A DNA stretch of 60,647 nt from Deltaproteobacteria bacterium CG_4_9_14_3_um_filter_63_12 (lineage in GTDB: Bacteria; Myxococcota_A; Bradymonadia; UBA4248; UM-FILTER-63-12). The notes below the pieces were generated by a model. The model was not told the origin of the DNA. It did no database searches and saw nothing but the letters and a program-made list of their open reading frames with translations. Of this stretch, positions 8,267 to 17,345 are shown piece after piece. The stretch lies in contig PFUG01000519.1 in NCBI GenBank assembly GCA_002789955.1, positions 1-60,647 on the forward strand, written 5' to 3'. Each line of letters starts with the position of its first letter. Position 1 is the stretch's first letter. Made by a program: the position numbers and the translations under genes.

Positions 8267-8683
8267 TCACTCGTTGCTTGCGGATTCGGAACTCGCCGCG
8301 CCCAACCGGTATTTCTTCAGCACGGAATAATGCTGACGGATGGCCAGCGAGAGCGACTCAATGGAGGCAAAGAACTCGTTGTAGTCTAGGTTCTCGGATT
8401 GGAGCGTGTCTACGAGAACCACGTTTCCTTCCTCGATCCCATACGCCCCTGCGACCATCTCCGTGCCGTTGAGCCGCAGGAGCTGCTCGAAGAGCTCCGG
8501 CTGGTGCGTTGAGGGAACATCCATCAGCTTCACGACGAACGTGATGATCGGGGGCGAGTGATTCACCAGGATGTTGTCGACGTGGTCGACCTCGTTGTTG
8601 ACCATCCAAAGACCTTCGTCGAGCTTCTCGTAAGGCAGGCTGAGCTCGATGAGGTAGCCTTCGATGTCTTCATTCGTCCGCAT
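8267..8683 (-). CDS. YbjN / T3SS-chaperone-like small acidic protein (putative).
   Basis: I chose the start at MRTNEDIEGYLIEL, with an AGGAG site 7 nt upstream. The pattern ...GLWMVNNEV...ILVNHSPPIITFVVKLMDVP...LFEQLLRLNGTEMVAGAYGIEEGNVVLVDTLQSENLDYNEF resembles the YbjN family. It lies immediately upstream of pspA. Confidence 0.5.
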   Translation of the reverse strand: MRTNEDIEGYLIELSLPYEKLDEGLWMVNNEVDHVDNILVNHSPPIITFVVKLMDVPSTHQPELFEQLLRLNGTEMVAGAYGIEEGNVVLVDTLQSENLDYNEFFASIESLSLAIRQHYSVLKKYRLGAASSESASNE

Positions 8684-8867
8684 TGAGATCCTCCTGCAGA
8701 TCGGGGCTTCCCTGTGATTGGGAATTTCCGCTTTATTTCTAGCAAGTACTGGAATTTCGGCTCGTGAAAATCTGCGCCAGCATACCCGCGCCGTTTTCTC
8801 AGTGTCAAGCGCGGGAACGCAGTCAGGAACGCCTAGGATACCGCGTCGTCCGTTGGTCGCCAACCCC

Positions 8868-9770
8868 TCACAAGGTCGGTACGGCTTCAGCGGGCCTGGT
8901 GCGTGCGGCTGGCCAACGGTCCACTCGAACATCGGCCACGACGGCCCCATACAACCAGCCTCGGCTCCCATCCGCGAGCTGCACCTGGAGCCACTCTTCG
9001 CGCTCTTCGATGACCGCGACCAGCGCTCCCCGGTACAGGTCGTCGGGCTTGCTGGTCTTCGCCAGCACCGATGGGCTTTCGTAGTAAAGCGCATCCTCGG
9101 CCATCACGATCGCCGGACGGAAGTCCACGGTCACGGAATGGCCGATCAGATACGACCCAGACAAGAGCACCACCACGAACATCACCACGGCCAACACCGC
9201 GGCTCCATCTCTGACACCGCCGTGCTGGACGCGGCGACGCCACAGCAGAATGCCGAACAACAGGTTCCAGCTTAAGAGCAAGCCCCACGCGGGCCAGTGT
9301 GGCCCGACCGCATGGAAAAAACGCCAATACACCTGGTCGGAGGACTCTCCACGCGTCAGCTTTCTTCCTGCTGATGAGCGCAAAAGCTCGCGACTGAGCT
9401 GCTCACGGGCGATGTCGAGGCGCTGCTCGGCGTCGTCCTGCAGGGGGTGCAACGCCAAGCTGCGCTCGAAACACAATATGGCTTCGGGCCAATCGCGCAG
9501 CTCGAAGTGGACAACTCCTTGGTCGTAGTAGAGGTCGGCGCTCGGACCGACCTTGCGCTCCAGTTCCTGATACCCCCGCAGTGCCTCTTCGTGGTGGCCG
9601 TCGCCAAACGCTTGTTGGATCTCCGCCTCGGGCTGAGCCAAAGCCGCCCTCGCAAAGAGTGAGAAGCTGCACAAACCCAGCGCTACGAAACCGGACAGCA
9701 CTCCGCCTCGAACCACATGAAGCCTTGCTCGCCACCGTGCGCGGTTCGAACCTTTGCTCGCCTCGCTCAT
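8868..9770 (-). CDS. BatE-like protein (TPR region, transmembrane segments, C-terminal SH3b-like domain).
   Basis: It has a signal/TM segment and TPR-like helices (HHEEALRGYQELERKVGPSADLYYDQGVVHFELRDWPEAILCFERSLALHP). Two TM segments follow, then an SH3-like tail (LYRGALVAVIEEREEWLQVQLADGSRGWLYGAVV). Its start overlaps the BatD-like stop (ATGA). Confidence 0.6.
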   Translation of the reverse strand: MSEASKGSNRARWRARLHVVRGGVLSGFVALGLCSFSLFARAALAQPEAEIQQAFGDGHHEEALRGYQELERKVGPSADLYYDQGVVHFELRDWPEAILCFERSLALHPLQDDAEQRLDIAREQLSRELLRSSAGRKLTRGESSDQVYWRFFHAVGPHWPAWGLLLSWNLLFGILLWRRRVQHGGVRDGAAVLAVVMFVVVLLSGSYLIGHSVTVDFRPAIVMAEDALYYESPSVLAKTSKPDDLYRGALVAVIEEREEWLQVQLADGSRGWLYGAVVADVRVDRWPAARTRPAEAVPTL

Positions 9771-11728
9771 CGGCGCGCTCCTTTTCGGGCGGACTCGAGC
9801 TCGTCGAGCGCATCGTTGACGCTGTCGAGGAGTGCGGCGCTCGCGGGCTGACTGACCCCTTCAGGCGAGTAGCTCATGGATTCCAACTCGGTGAGCAGCG
9901 CCGCCACCGACGCGCGCAGCTCTTCAGCGACACCAGCCCCAGCCAGCAGGCGCTCAAGCGACGCTGCAGTGGCGGAGCGTGCACGAATCTCGTAGCGCTC
10001 GATCAGGTACTCTCTCAGCACCGCGCTCAAGCTCGAACAGACGGTGCGTGCACCAAGCTCCTTCCCCACGGCGCGCAAGGCCCGTTTCGCCTGCTTGTGC
10101 GCGCCGTCCATGCGGCGCTGCTCGGCCCCCTTCGCGCGCCGTCGACTCCAGGCGGTGACCGCGAGGCTGCCACCAAAAGTCAGGGGGGCGACCGCCATGA
10201 GCAGCGCAAACCACCACCTCGTGTAGGGAGCTGTCGCGGGCGGAGCATCCGGGGACAACGCCCGCAACCCAGGGAGCGCCTCGAACTCCGGCCTCTCCAC
10301 GGCCTCGTCGAGCTCGGCCTCGCGTCGGGCCGCAGCTTGCTCGAGAATGGCGTCGGCGTTGGGACCGAAGCCTTCGACCTTCACCGACCAGGGACCAACC
10401 TGCTCCTGGGAATAGCGCGCGCCGTCGAGATCGAAATAGTCGAACGTCACCGGCGGGATCTCGAACTCACCCTCCTCCATCATCACGAGTGTCAGACGGA
10501 ATCTGCGTACGCCGCGGATCTGGGTGAAATCCACCTCGATCTCATCAGAGAGAACCTCGGGCCCGAAGGACTGCACCCAGGACTGCTGCGCGATGGGCCC
10601 GAGGCTCATCTGGTCGACGAAACCTTCGCCCTCGAGCTTGACCATCAAGACCACCGAGTCGCCGACCTTCAGGTCGCTCAGCGTGCCGACGCCGCTGGCC
10701 CGCAGCGTCGCATCGAGCGCCAAGTGACGTCCCACGTTGCCGACCACGAACCCCTTCGGCGGGTTAGGGGGCAGCGGTTTGACGAAAACCTGGTCGCTGG
10801 GCGACGAGATCCAGTCCCGAGGTGAGGAAAACACGCCCCGGGGGACCTCGACGGCAAGAGGGCTCAGCACGACCTCGCCCAGCTCGATGGGCTGCAGAAT
10901 GTAGGAGCGAATCTTCTCCTCGACGCGGTAACGAATGCCGTCGCGCGTCTCGTTGTGGATCCCGTAGCTCGGCTGGTCCGGCTCTCTCGTCAGCAACCCG
11001 GGCGGAAAGTCTGGGTCGGTGACGTCGTACATCTCGCTGGGGCGGTCGGCCTTCACGTAGAGATCGTAGTGCAAAAAGAAGGGCTGCCCCAAATAGACCT
11101 CCGGGGACTCGACCCGCAGCTCGACGAAGTAGGGATCGCCGACCTTCGGCTTTGGGTAGGTGCGTGAGGGCAGCGGCGTTCCTGCACCCGTGCCAGTGCC
11201 GCCCACGCCTGTGCCGCCTGGACCGGAGCCTCCCGGACCGCCGCCCGAACCACCACCTCCGGAGCCCCCTCCCACGGGCGGCGAGAGGCCCCATCCTGAA
11301 TTGGCGGAGGTGTCGACCACGTCGATCTCGATGGCATCGGTCTCATAGGAGTGCTGTCCGGCGCGGATGGTGGCCGGGCCGACGACCAAACGCCCCGCGC
11401 GTTTCGGCTTGAGCCTGAAGATCATCTCCTTCGACTTCGAGCTGTGCCCTTGGTGATTGACGATCCGATCCTGGGTCGAGCGCCCCATCTCTGTGAAGTC
11501 AGCGATGTTGGGCTCCGACTCCAACACCGCAGTGCCGGGTCCAGTGCCAATGACGCTGATGGTGTAGATCAGGATGTCGTCGGTCGAGGCGTGCGTCGCG
11601 TCGATCCCTGCCTCGACGCTCCAATCCTCGGCGTGCGCCGACGAAGGGAGCAGCAACAGCAGCAGCCCAAGGATGAGCCTCCATCCTGTTGACCGCACGC
11701 AGGCGCGAAACTGGTGTCTACCAGTCAT
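9767..11728 (-). CDS. BatD-like secreted/membrane protein.
   Basis: I chose the start at MTGRHQFRACVRSTGWRLILGLLLLLLPSSAHA. It has repeated beta-sandwich-like modules, a Gly-rich linker (GGGSGGGGSGGGPGGSGPGGTGVGGTGTGAGT), and a C-terminal TM segment. The cytoplasmic tail (LSAVLREYLIERYEI) is of the type seen in BatD/DUF4381 proteins. Confidence 0.55.
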   Translation of the reverse strand: MTGRHQFRACVRSTGWRLILGLLLLLLPSSAHAEDWSVEAGIDATHASTDDILIYTISVIGTGPGTAVLESEPNIADFTEMGRSTQDRIVNHQGHSSKSKEMIFRLKPKRAGRLVVGPATIRAGQHSYETDAIEIDVVDTSANSGWGLSPPVGGGSGGGGSGGGPGGSGPGGTGVGGTGTGAGTPLPSRTYPKPKVGDPYFVELRVESPEVYLGQPFFLHYDLYVKADRPSEMYDVTDPDFPPGLLTREPDQPSYGIHNETRDGIRYRVEEKIRSYILQPIELGEVVLSPLAVEVPRGVFSSPRDWISSPSDQVFVKPLPPNPPKGFVVGNVGRHLALDATLRASGVGTLSDLKVGDSVVLMVKLEGEGFVDQMSLGPIAQQSWVQSFGPEVLSDEIEVDFTQIRGVRRFRLTLVMMEEGEFEIPPVTFDYFDLDGARYSQEQVGPWSVKVEGFGPNADAILEQAAARREAELDEAVERPEFEALPGLRALSPDAPPATAPYTRWWFALLMAVAPLTFGGSLAVTAWSRRRAKGAEQRRMDGAHKQAKRALRAVGKELGARTVCSSLSAVLREYLIERYEIRARSATAASLERLLAGAGVAEELRASVAALLTELESMSYSPEGVSQPASAALLDSVNDALDELESARKGARR

Positions 11729-14700
11729 TTTCAATCCGCCACTTCGGCATCTGCTCTTTCGCCTTCTCGAGCGGCAGGTTCTTGTCGTTCCTCTCGATCC
11801 CATCGAGGATGTCGTTGTAACGCTTCTCTCTCTGCTCCTCGGGAGAGAGCTCACCGTCGCCAGGCTTCTCTTTGGGGTTCATGGGCCCGTCCCGCTGCGG
11901 GTCGGGGTTCTGCGTGTCTTGCGGGTTGGGCTGCTGATCCCCCTGGTCTCGCTTGTCCTCTTGCTCCCCTTTGTCCTTCTGGTCTTGCTGATCCTGTTTG
12001 TCTTTCTGGTCTTGTTGGTCTTTCTGCTCCTGCTGATCTTTCTGGTCCTGCTGATCTTTCTGGTCCTGCTGGTCCTGTTCGTCCTGGCTCTGAGGCGAGT
12101 CGATGAGCAGGTGATAGAAATTGCGCTCCCCCTCGACCGCCAGCTGAATGCGTTCACCCACCATCGCCCCTTCGAGAACCACGGTCTTGACTTGCTTTCC
12201 GGGGGTCGTGCTCTTGGCGACCTCGGCTTGGGCGATCACCTGCGCGGTGATGGGATCGTAGGCCGTGAGCTGTAGGTCTCCGAGGCGAGGATCGTACTCG
12301 ATGGTTGCTTGGAGACCGACCTGCTCGCCGTCTTTCGGAGCGGCTGCACCGGCGTTGGTCGGCGCCGCAGCGGTGGCGACATACCAGTCGTCGTCGTTGT
12401 CGCAGTGCCGCAGGTAGCGAAAGAGCTTCTCCTGCGCTGGGAGCTCGGTGCTCGCCGAGGGCTCATCGTTCTCTTCAAAAGCGTCGTCGCCCTCGGGACA
12501 AGCAGTGAAGTGGTAGAAGGTCATGCCATATGGCCCTTCTTGGAGCTCGTCGAAGCCCTTGATGAGCAGGTGGAACCGGGTCTTCGTAGGCCATTCGAAG
12601 AGCTCGAAGTTGAGGAGTGGCTGGGCGGCGCCTGGCTCGATCTGTCCACGCCGCAGCGCGCCCGGAGTGCCTTCTGCATAGAGCTCGTAGGCCAGGATTG
12701 GAGTCTGCTTCGATACGGCGTCGGGCAGAGAGGCGAGGTCCATGAAGAACGAGTCGCCAGGAGCCGCCTCGAAAGTAAACCAGTCGTCGTCGTTTTCGCA
12801 GATGTGCAGCTCGTGGGTTCCTGCCTCGAGGGCGGCGGCTTGGGCCTTCTCGTCGTTCTCTTCGAAGGTGTCCTCGAACTTGACGCAAGGCGGAATCAGC
12901 GTGACCCCGAGATGGTACGACGCCTCAGCGTAGTCGAGGGCTCGAACCCGGATGAAGAGCGGCCCGTCGCCAGCGCTCTCTGGCACGACGAAGGTCTCGA
13001 TCGAGCGCCTGACGACATCTGGCGGGGCCGCAGCTCGGCTCGAAGGCGGCGCAGGACCGAGGTCCTCGGCGAGGGGCTCGCCCAAGGCTGGAACCACGGC
13101 CAACTCGAGGTGGGCGTAGTCGAGGCGAGCGGAATCATCGAGGGGCTCGACGCGCTGGGCCAAGCGAGAAAATTCGGCCGAGACGGTCACCTTGTAGCCG
13201 GCGCCTGCGTCGATGCGCACAAAGTCGTCGTCGCCGCCGCAGATGACGAGTTGCGCCGCCGCGAGCTCCTCGTCAGACAGGGCGGTGGCTTGCTCAGGCG
13301 AGTCATTCTCCTCGAGTGGATCTTCGAAGTTCCGGCATGGGGGGAAGAGCCGCAGCAGCGTCAGCTCCAGGTTGTACCGAGCGTCGTCGGAGCTTGGATC
13401 GAGCTCTAGGGCCGTTCGGTAGTTCGCCAGCGCCTGCCTGAAGTAGTGGACGGAGAGCCCTCGGTCGTCGATGCTCTTCTCCGTGCTGTCGCCTAGGAGA
13501 TAGAAGGCGTTGGCCAGCGCGAAGAGCACTTTGAAGCGCTCTGGACGCTGTTCGGGCGAGACGGCGAGGGCCTTGACCAGTGCGTCCTTCGCGCGCTCCG
13601 GTCGTCCCGCTCCGAGTTCGGCCAACCCAATGTTGTAATCCAGCATCGGCTCCTCTGGGAGCGACTCCTTCGCTAGGGTGTACGCCTCGAGGGCGCCTTC
13701 GTAGTCTCCTTCGGCGAGCAAGGCATTGCCTTCCTCGACGTTGGGGTTCTGGCGCACGAAGAGCGCGTCGTCTCCACAGCCGGCGGAGACTGCCAAGAGG
13801 AGTAGCAGCGCCACCGAGCCGACCCTTCGACTGGCTCTCCGTCCTCGGCGTGGTCGGCCCTTCTTGCCAGCTCCCTGGGCCGCCGCCGACGCCAAGATTG
13901 CGCCCCGTCGGTCGCCGAACAGTCCGGCGATGAAGAGCAGCACGACGGCTGGGGCGAGCAGTAAGTAGAAATAGTCCTCAAAGGTGTCCATCATCAGCGA
14001 CTCGAGCTCGGCCTTCTCGAGCTGGTCGATCTCTTCGGCCAACCCTTTGGCGACTGAGCGCGGACCTGTGTAGTGGAAGTACTTGCCATCGGCCGCTGCC
14101 GCGACCTTCTCCAAGGTGGCCTCGTCGAGGCGGGACTCCACGGGTGACCCTTTACGGATCATGATGCCGGTGGGCAGCCCTTGGTCATCGTACTCTGGGA
14201 TGGTCGCGCCGGAGACCGAGCCGAACCCCACAGTGTAGACTCTGACCCCCCGTTTCTTGAGCTCGATAGCGGTGCGGACGGGATCCGTCTCGTGATCTTC
14301 ACCGTCGGTGAAGATGACGACCAACTTCGAATGGTCGGCCATGGGCGCGCTGCCGTCGGCCGGGTCGGCGAGCAGCAGCTGGGAGCCGTCGATCATGGCC
14401 CTCCCGATGGCGGTCCCGCCCATGGGCATCATGCCGGGCTGGATCTGCTCCAAGTAGACGTCGATGGCGCCGTAGTCCGAGGTCAAGGGGGACTGGATGA
14501 AGCTCACGGCGGTAAAAACCACGAGCCCGACCCTGTCCCCCTTGAGGCGCTTGAGGATCCGGTCAATCTCTCCCTTGGCCGCTTCGAGCCGACTGGGTTT
14601 GACATCGTCGGCGAGCATGGATCTCGACAGGTCGACGGCGAAGACGACGTCGACCCCCATCCGCTTGACCTCGCGCTGCTTGCCCTCGCCTTGGGGACGC

Positions 14701-15161
14701 ATCAGGGCCACGATCATCAGGAGCAGTGCCGCGAACGTGAAGACGAAGCGGGCGATCTGCTTGCGTGCGCTGCGGCCGGCCAGCATGGCGTGAAGCGCTG
14801 GGCGCGGTGCGGACTTCGAGGGGCTGTGTCCTCTCCCCTCCCACCAGTACAAGGCTGAGGCCAGCCCCGCGCCGACCACCAACCCACCGAGCGCCAGGAC
14901 CAGCTGAACGTCGACATCGAAGGTCGATTTCGCCAGCATCCGCACGGCAATCATTTGTCCGGCCGCGATCGCTCCGGTCACGAAGAAAGTCACGAGCGGT
15001 CGACGAAATCCCTCGCTCAGCTCGGTGCCTTCGAGCAGCGCTTCGAGCCCGCGCACCCGTCCGAGCTTCCAGAACCAATAGGCGAGGTAGACCGACAGCA
15101 CTGCGGAGGCCGCCGCCAACCACTCCATTGCTTCAGGATTTCCCCAGTGCTTGATCATCAT
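11718..15161 (-). CDS. Membrane vWA-domain protein. It is a BatB-like vWA and BatC-like TPR fusion carrying three PPC-like modules and a KDQ-repeat tail.
   Basis: It has N-terminal TM helices and a vWA MIDAS motif (VDVVFAVDLSRSM). After another TM segment there are TPR repeats. Three modules follow, each starting PC..FED..EEND....A and containing C..DDDW/F. The tail is QDEQDQQDQKDQQDQKDQQEQKDQQDQKDKQDQQDQKD. Confidence 0.75.
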   Translation of the reverse strand: MMIKHWGNPEAMEWLAAASAVLSVYLAYWFWKLGRVRGLEALLEGTELSEGFRRPLVTFFVTGAIAAGQMIAVRMLAKSTFDVDVQLVLALGGLVVGAGLASALYWWEGRGHSPSKSAPRPALHAMLAGRSARKQIARFVFTFAALLLMIVALMRPQGEGKQREVKRMGVDVVFAVDLSRSMLADDVKPSRLEAAKGEIDRILKRLKGDRVGLVVFTAVSFIQSPLTSDYGAIDVYLEQIQPGMMPMGGTAIGRAMIDGSQLLLADPADGSAPMADHSKLVVIFTDGEDHETDPVRTAIELKKRGVRVYTVGFGSVSGATIPEYDDQGLPTGIMIRKGSPVESRLDEATLEKVAAAADGKYFHYTGPRSVAKGLAEEIDQLEKAELESLMMDTFEDYFYLLLAPAVVLLFIAGLFGDRRGAILASAAAQGAGKKGRPRRGRRASRRVGSVALLLLLAVSAGCGDDALFVRQNPNVEEGNALLAEGDYEGALEAYTLAKESLPEEPMLDYNIGLAELGAGRPERAKDALVKALAVSPEQRPERFKVLFALANAFYLLGDSTEKSIDDRGLSVHYFRQALANYRTALELDPSSDDARYNLELTLLRLFPPCRNFEDPLEENDSPEQATALSDEELAAAQLVICGGDDDFVRIDAGAGYKVTVSAEFSRLAQRVEPLDDSARLDYAHLELAVVPALGEPLAEDLGPAPPSSRAAAPPDVVRRSIETFVVPESAGDGPLFIRVRALDYAEASYHLGVTLIPPCVKFEDTFEENDEKAQAAALEAGTHELHICENDDDWFTFEAAPGDSFFMDLASLPDAVSKQTPILAYELYAEGTPGALRRGQIEPGAAQPLLNFELFEWPTKTRFHLLIKGFDELQEGPYGMTFYHFTACPEGDDAFEENDEPSASTELPAQEKLFRYLRHCDNDDDWYVATAAAPTNAGAAAPKDGEQVGLQATIEYDPRLGDLQLTAYDPITAQVIAQAEVAKSTTPGKQVKTVVLEGAMVGERIQLAVEGERNFYHLLIDSPQSQDEQDQQDQKDQQDQKDQQEQKDQQDQKDKQDQQDQKDKGEQEDKRDQGDQQPNPQDTQNPDPQRDGPMNPKEKPGDGELSPEEQREKRYNDILDGIERNDKNLPLEKAKEQMPKWRIENDW
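11930..12095. repeat. Imperfect 6/18-nt tandem repeats encoding the Q/D/K low-complexity tail of the BatB/C-like protein.
   Basis: The unit ctgatctttctggtcctg occurs twice back to back (12033-12068). It is embedded in a run of related ctggtc/ctgctg/ttt units. Confidence 0.7.
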
Positions 15162-15174
15162 GAAAGGGCTCGGG

Positions 15175-16290
15175 TCAGGGGAACTTGCGGATGACGAGAA
15201 AACTCAAGCTGGCCTCGAAGAGCAACAAGAGCACAGCGCCGAACGCGTAGGGCCGGTAGCGCTCGGTGGTCGAGACGTTGACCGAGCCTTCGAGCTCGGA
15301 GCGCTCGAACTGGTCGAGGATGTCTTGCAGGTCTTTGGACAGGCTCACCTTGTCGGTGGCGTGGTAGAATTTGCCGTTGGTCATGGTCGCGATCTTCTGG
15401 AGGAGCCTCGGATTCACGGGAAACTCGACCTGCTGGTAGTTCGTCCCCAACCCCCAGGTCTTTGGTCCTGTGGGCAGAAGCGTCGTGCCTTCTCGCCCGA
15501 CTAGGATGGGAAACGTCGTAATCCCGAAGTGATTCGCCATGGTGGCCGCTTGCTCGGGCGATATCTCACCGCCACGGCGGTCGCCGTCGGTGATCAGCAC
15601 GACGACCTTGCTTTCGGCATCGGAGTGGCGAAGTCCAGCGGTGGCGCGGGCCAGCGCATCGCCGATGGCCGTCCCGGAGCCGTCGATGTCCTCCAGCTCT
15701 CGCTGCTTCAGCAGGTTGAGGATGGTCCCGTAGTCCAATGTCGAGGGGAACTCGAGGAACGCGTCGCGGCCGAAGACGACCATGCCAATGCGGTCGCAGC
15801 GAGCAGCCGCGCCGTCGGTCGGCCGGTTGCAGCGTTCGCGCCGTCTCTCGATGAACTCATCGAGGGTCTCGACGGCGTACTGGAAGCGATTCTTGGGGGT
15901 CTCTCCGCGCGCCAGGAGTCGGTCCACCTCGGCGAGAGTCATGTCCACGGCGCCCATCGACCCGGACATGTCGAGGATCAGGAAGATGTCGATGCCCTCG
16001 ACGCGGCGTTCCTCGCGGGATTGGTCGTGGGGCCGGGCGACCGCCACGATCACCAAGGACAGGGCGAGCAGACGGACGAGGGTCGGCACCGAGGTCAGGT
16101 AGACTTTCCAGCCGCGCCCGTGCTCGAAAGCGCCCAACCGGGTGAAGGTCATGGGCCCCATTTGCGAACGGCGAGGCCACAGCTGATAGAGCGCAACCAT
16201 GGGAAGGAGTGCCAAGCACCACAACACCCATGGGTAGCCAAACTCGAGCTCGAAGAGCTGCAGCCAGCCGGTTTTGAGCTCAGCGAGCAT
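15175..16290 (-). CDS. BatA-like membrane vWA-domain protein.
   Basis: The N-terminus MLAELKTGWLQLFELEFGYPWVLWCLALLPMVALYQLW is a typical BatA-type TM start. It has a MIDAS motif (IDIFLILDMSGSM) and a C-terminal TM segment. Confidence 0.8.
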   Translation of the reverse strand: MLAELKTGWLQLFELEFGYPWVLWCLALLPMVALYQLWPRRSQMGPMTFTRLGAFEHGRGWKVYLTSVPTLVRLLALSLVIVAVARPHDQSREERRVEGIDIFLILDMSGSMGAVDMTLAEVDRLLARGETPKNRFQYAVETLDEFIERRRERCNRPTDGAAARCDRIGMVVFGRDAFLEFPSTLDYGTILNLLKQRELEDIDGSGTAIGDALARATAGLRHSDAESKVVVLITDGDRRGGEISPEQAATMANHFGITTFPILVGREGTTLLPTGPKTWGLGTNYQQVEFPVNPRLLQKIATMTNGKFYHATDKVSLSKDLQDILDQFERSELEGSVNVSTTERYRPYAFGAVLLLLFEASLSFLVIRKFP

Positions 16291-17338
16291 TCTCGCCCCC
16301 TCTGTCGCTGGCGTTATCGGCGGCGGCGGGTTTGGGGCGCGTTTGCACCACGACCTTTTCGGCCAGTCCCAAGTTCTCCTTGGTTTCGGCGGCGGACTTC
16401 TGCTGTCGCGCGAATTTGACCAAGTCGAGCTCGGACAGGAAGAGGGCGAACGAGGTCCTGTCCATGCCCTTGGGCAGCGTCATGTGCTCGAGCTGTTTCA
16501 CGATCTCGCGCGTCGTCATCTCGAGGGCGTCAAAGGCGAAGCGCCCACCGATGTACTCGCGGATGATCTCCGAGAGGCGGAAGTAGGCGGGGCGCTCTTC
16601 GAGCTCGCCGGCCTCGACGGCGTCTTGGAGCTCTCTCAGGCGCTCCAAGGCGACCTCCCACGGGGGTCGCGCGGCGACGGGCGCTGCTGGGGCGACGTTG
16701 CGGCCTTTGAGCCGGCGGGCCAACAGCACGCCCAGGCCGACCAATAGCAGCGCCAGGAGCAGGAGGATGGCGCCCTGGGCGAAGCGGCGATCCGGCTCCT
16801 CGATAGAGACCGCTCCGTCGGCCTTTCTCAGGCCGCCGGCACCGCCGTCGTCGAGGACCGAAGCGACCTTCACCGAGACGCAGTCGCTCTCGACGAAGTA
16901 GTGCGCGCCCTCGGCATCGACAAACTCGAGGCGTACGGGCGGGAAGTAAAAGCGTCCAACGTGAAAGAGCGCGAAACGAATCGTGTAGCGCTCGGTTGGG
17001 CCCGGAGCCGCCAGGGTTTCCTGCTCGATGCCCTGGACCACGAAGCGTCCGGTGTCGGCGCCGGAGAGGTCGATGGGCTGGAACATCCAGTGGTCAGGAT
17101 TTTTGATTTCGATGACGATGGCGCTACCGTCCGCGATACGCAGATTCTCTTCGCTGACCGAGGTCGCGAGCGCGAGGTCCCCTGGGAACGGGGTGGCCAC
17201 CGGCGCAGCGGGAGCCGTGGGGGCAGCAGCCCAGGCAAAACCGGGGGCCCCGAGGGACGGCACAACGAGCACAGCGCAAATCAAGAGAGTGCGCAGTGTG
17301 GAACTCAGTGTCTGGAGGCTGTTGCGGGGCACGGCCAA
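16280..17338 (-). CDS. BatD/DUF4381-like secreted membrane protein.
   Basis: It has a signal peptide, a beta-rich ectodomain and a single TM segment (ILLLLALLLVGLGVLLARRL). The cytoplasmic tail carries LSEIIREYIGGRFAFDALEMTTREI, which is the DUF4381-type tail. It overlaps the batA-like start by 11 nt. Confidence 0.5.
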   Translation of the reverse strand: MAVPRNSLQTLSSTLRTLLICAVLVVPSLGAPGFAWAAAPTAPAAPVATPFPGDLALATSVSEENLRIADGSAIVIEIKNPDHWMFQPIDLSGADTGRFVVQGIEQETLAAPGPTERYTIRFALFHVGRFYFPPVRLEFVDAEGAHYFVESDCVSVKVASVLDDGGAGGLRKADGAVSIEEPDRRFAQGAILLLLALLLVGLGVLLARRLKGRNVAPAAPVAARPPWEVALERLRELQDAVEAGELEERPAYFRLSEIIREYIGGRFAFDALEMTTREIVKQLEHMTLPKGMDRTSFALFLSELDLVKFARQQKSAAETKENLGLAEKVVVQTRPKPAAADNASDRGGENAR

Positions 17339-17345
17339 GCGGTCC

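Noticed and set aside
8684-9094. An upstream extension of the YbjN-like ORF, which would give the 275-aa version.
   Set aside because: The extension overlaps the 3' end of the BatE-like gene and looks non-protein-like. The ATG at 8683 has an AGGAG site at the proper spacing.
9743-9752. A ggttcgaacc T-loop-like motif that might flag a tRNA.
   Set aside because: No acceptor, D or anticodon stems can be drawn around it, and it lies inside the BatE-like coding region. I saw no convincing tRNA elsewhere in the window.
11574-12275. A 233-aa plus-strand ORF with an extreme poly-Leu/Val/Phe segment (LLVLLILFVFLVLLVFLLLLIFLVLL).
   Set aside because: It is the antisense reading of the Q/D/K hexanucleotide repeats in the BatB/C-like gene. 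It also spans the junction of two well-supported minus-strand genes.
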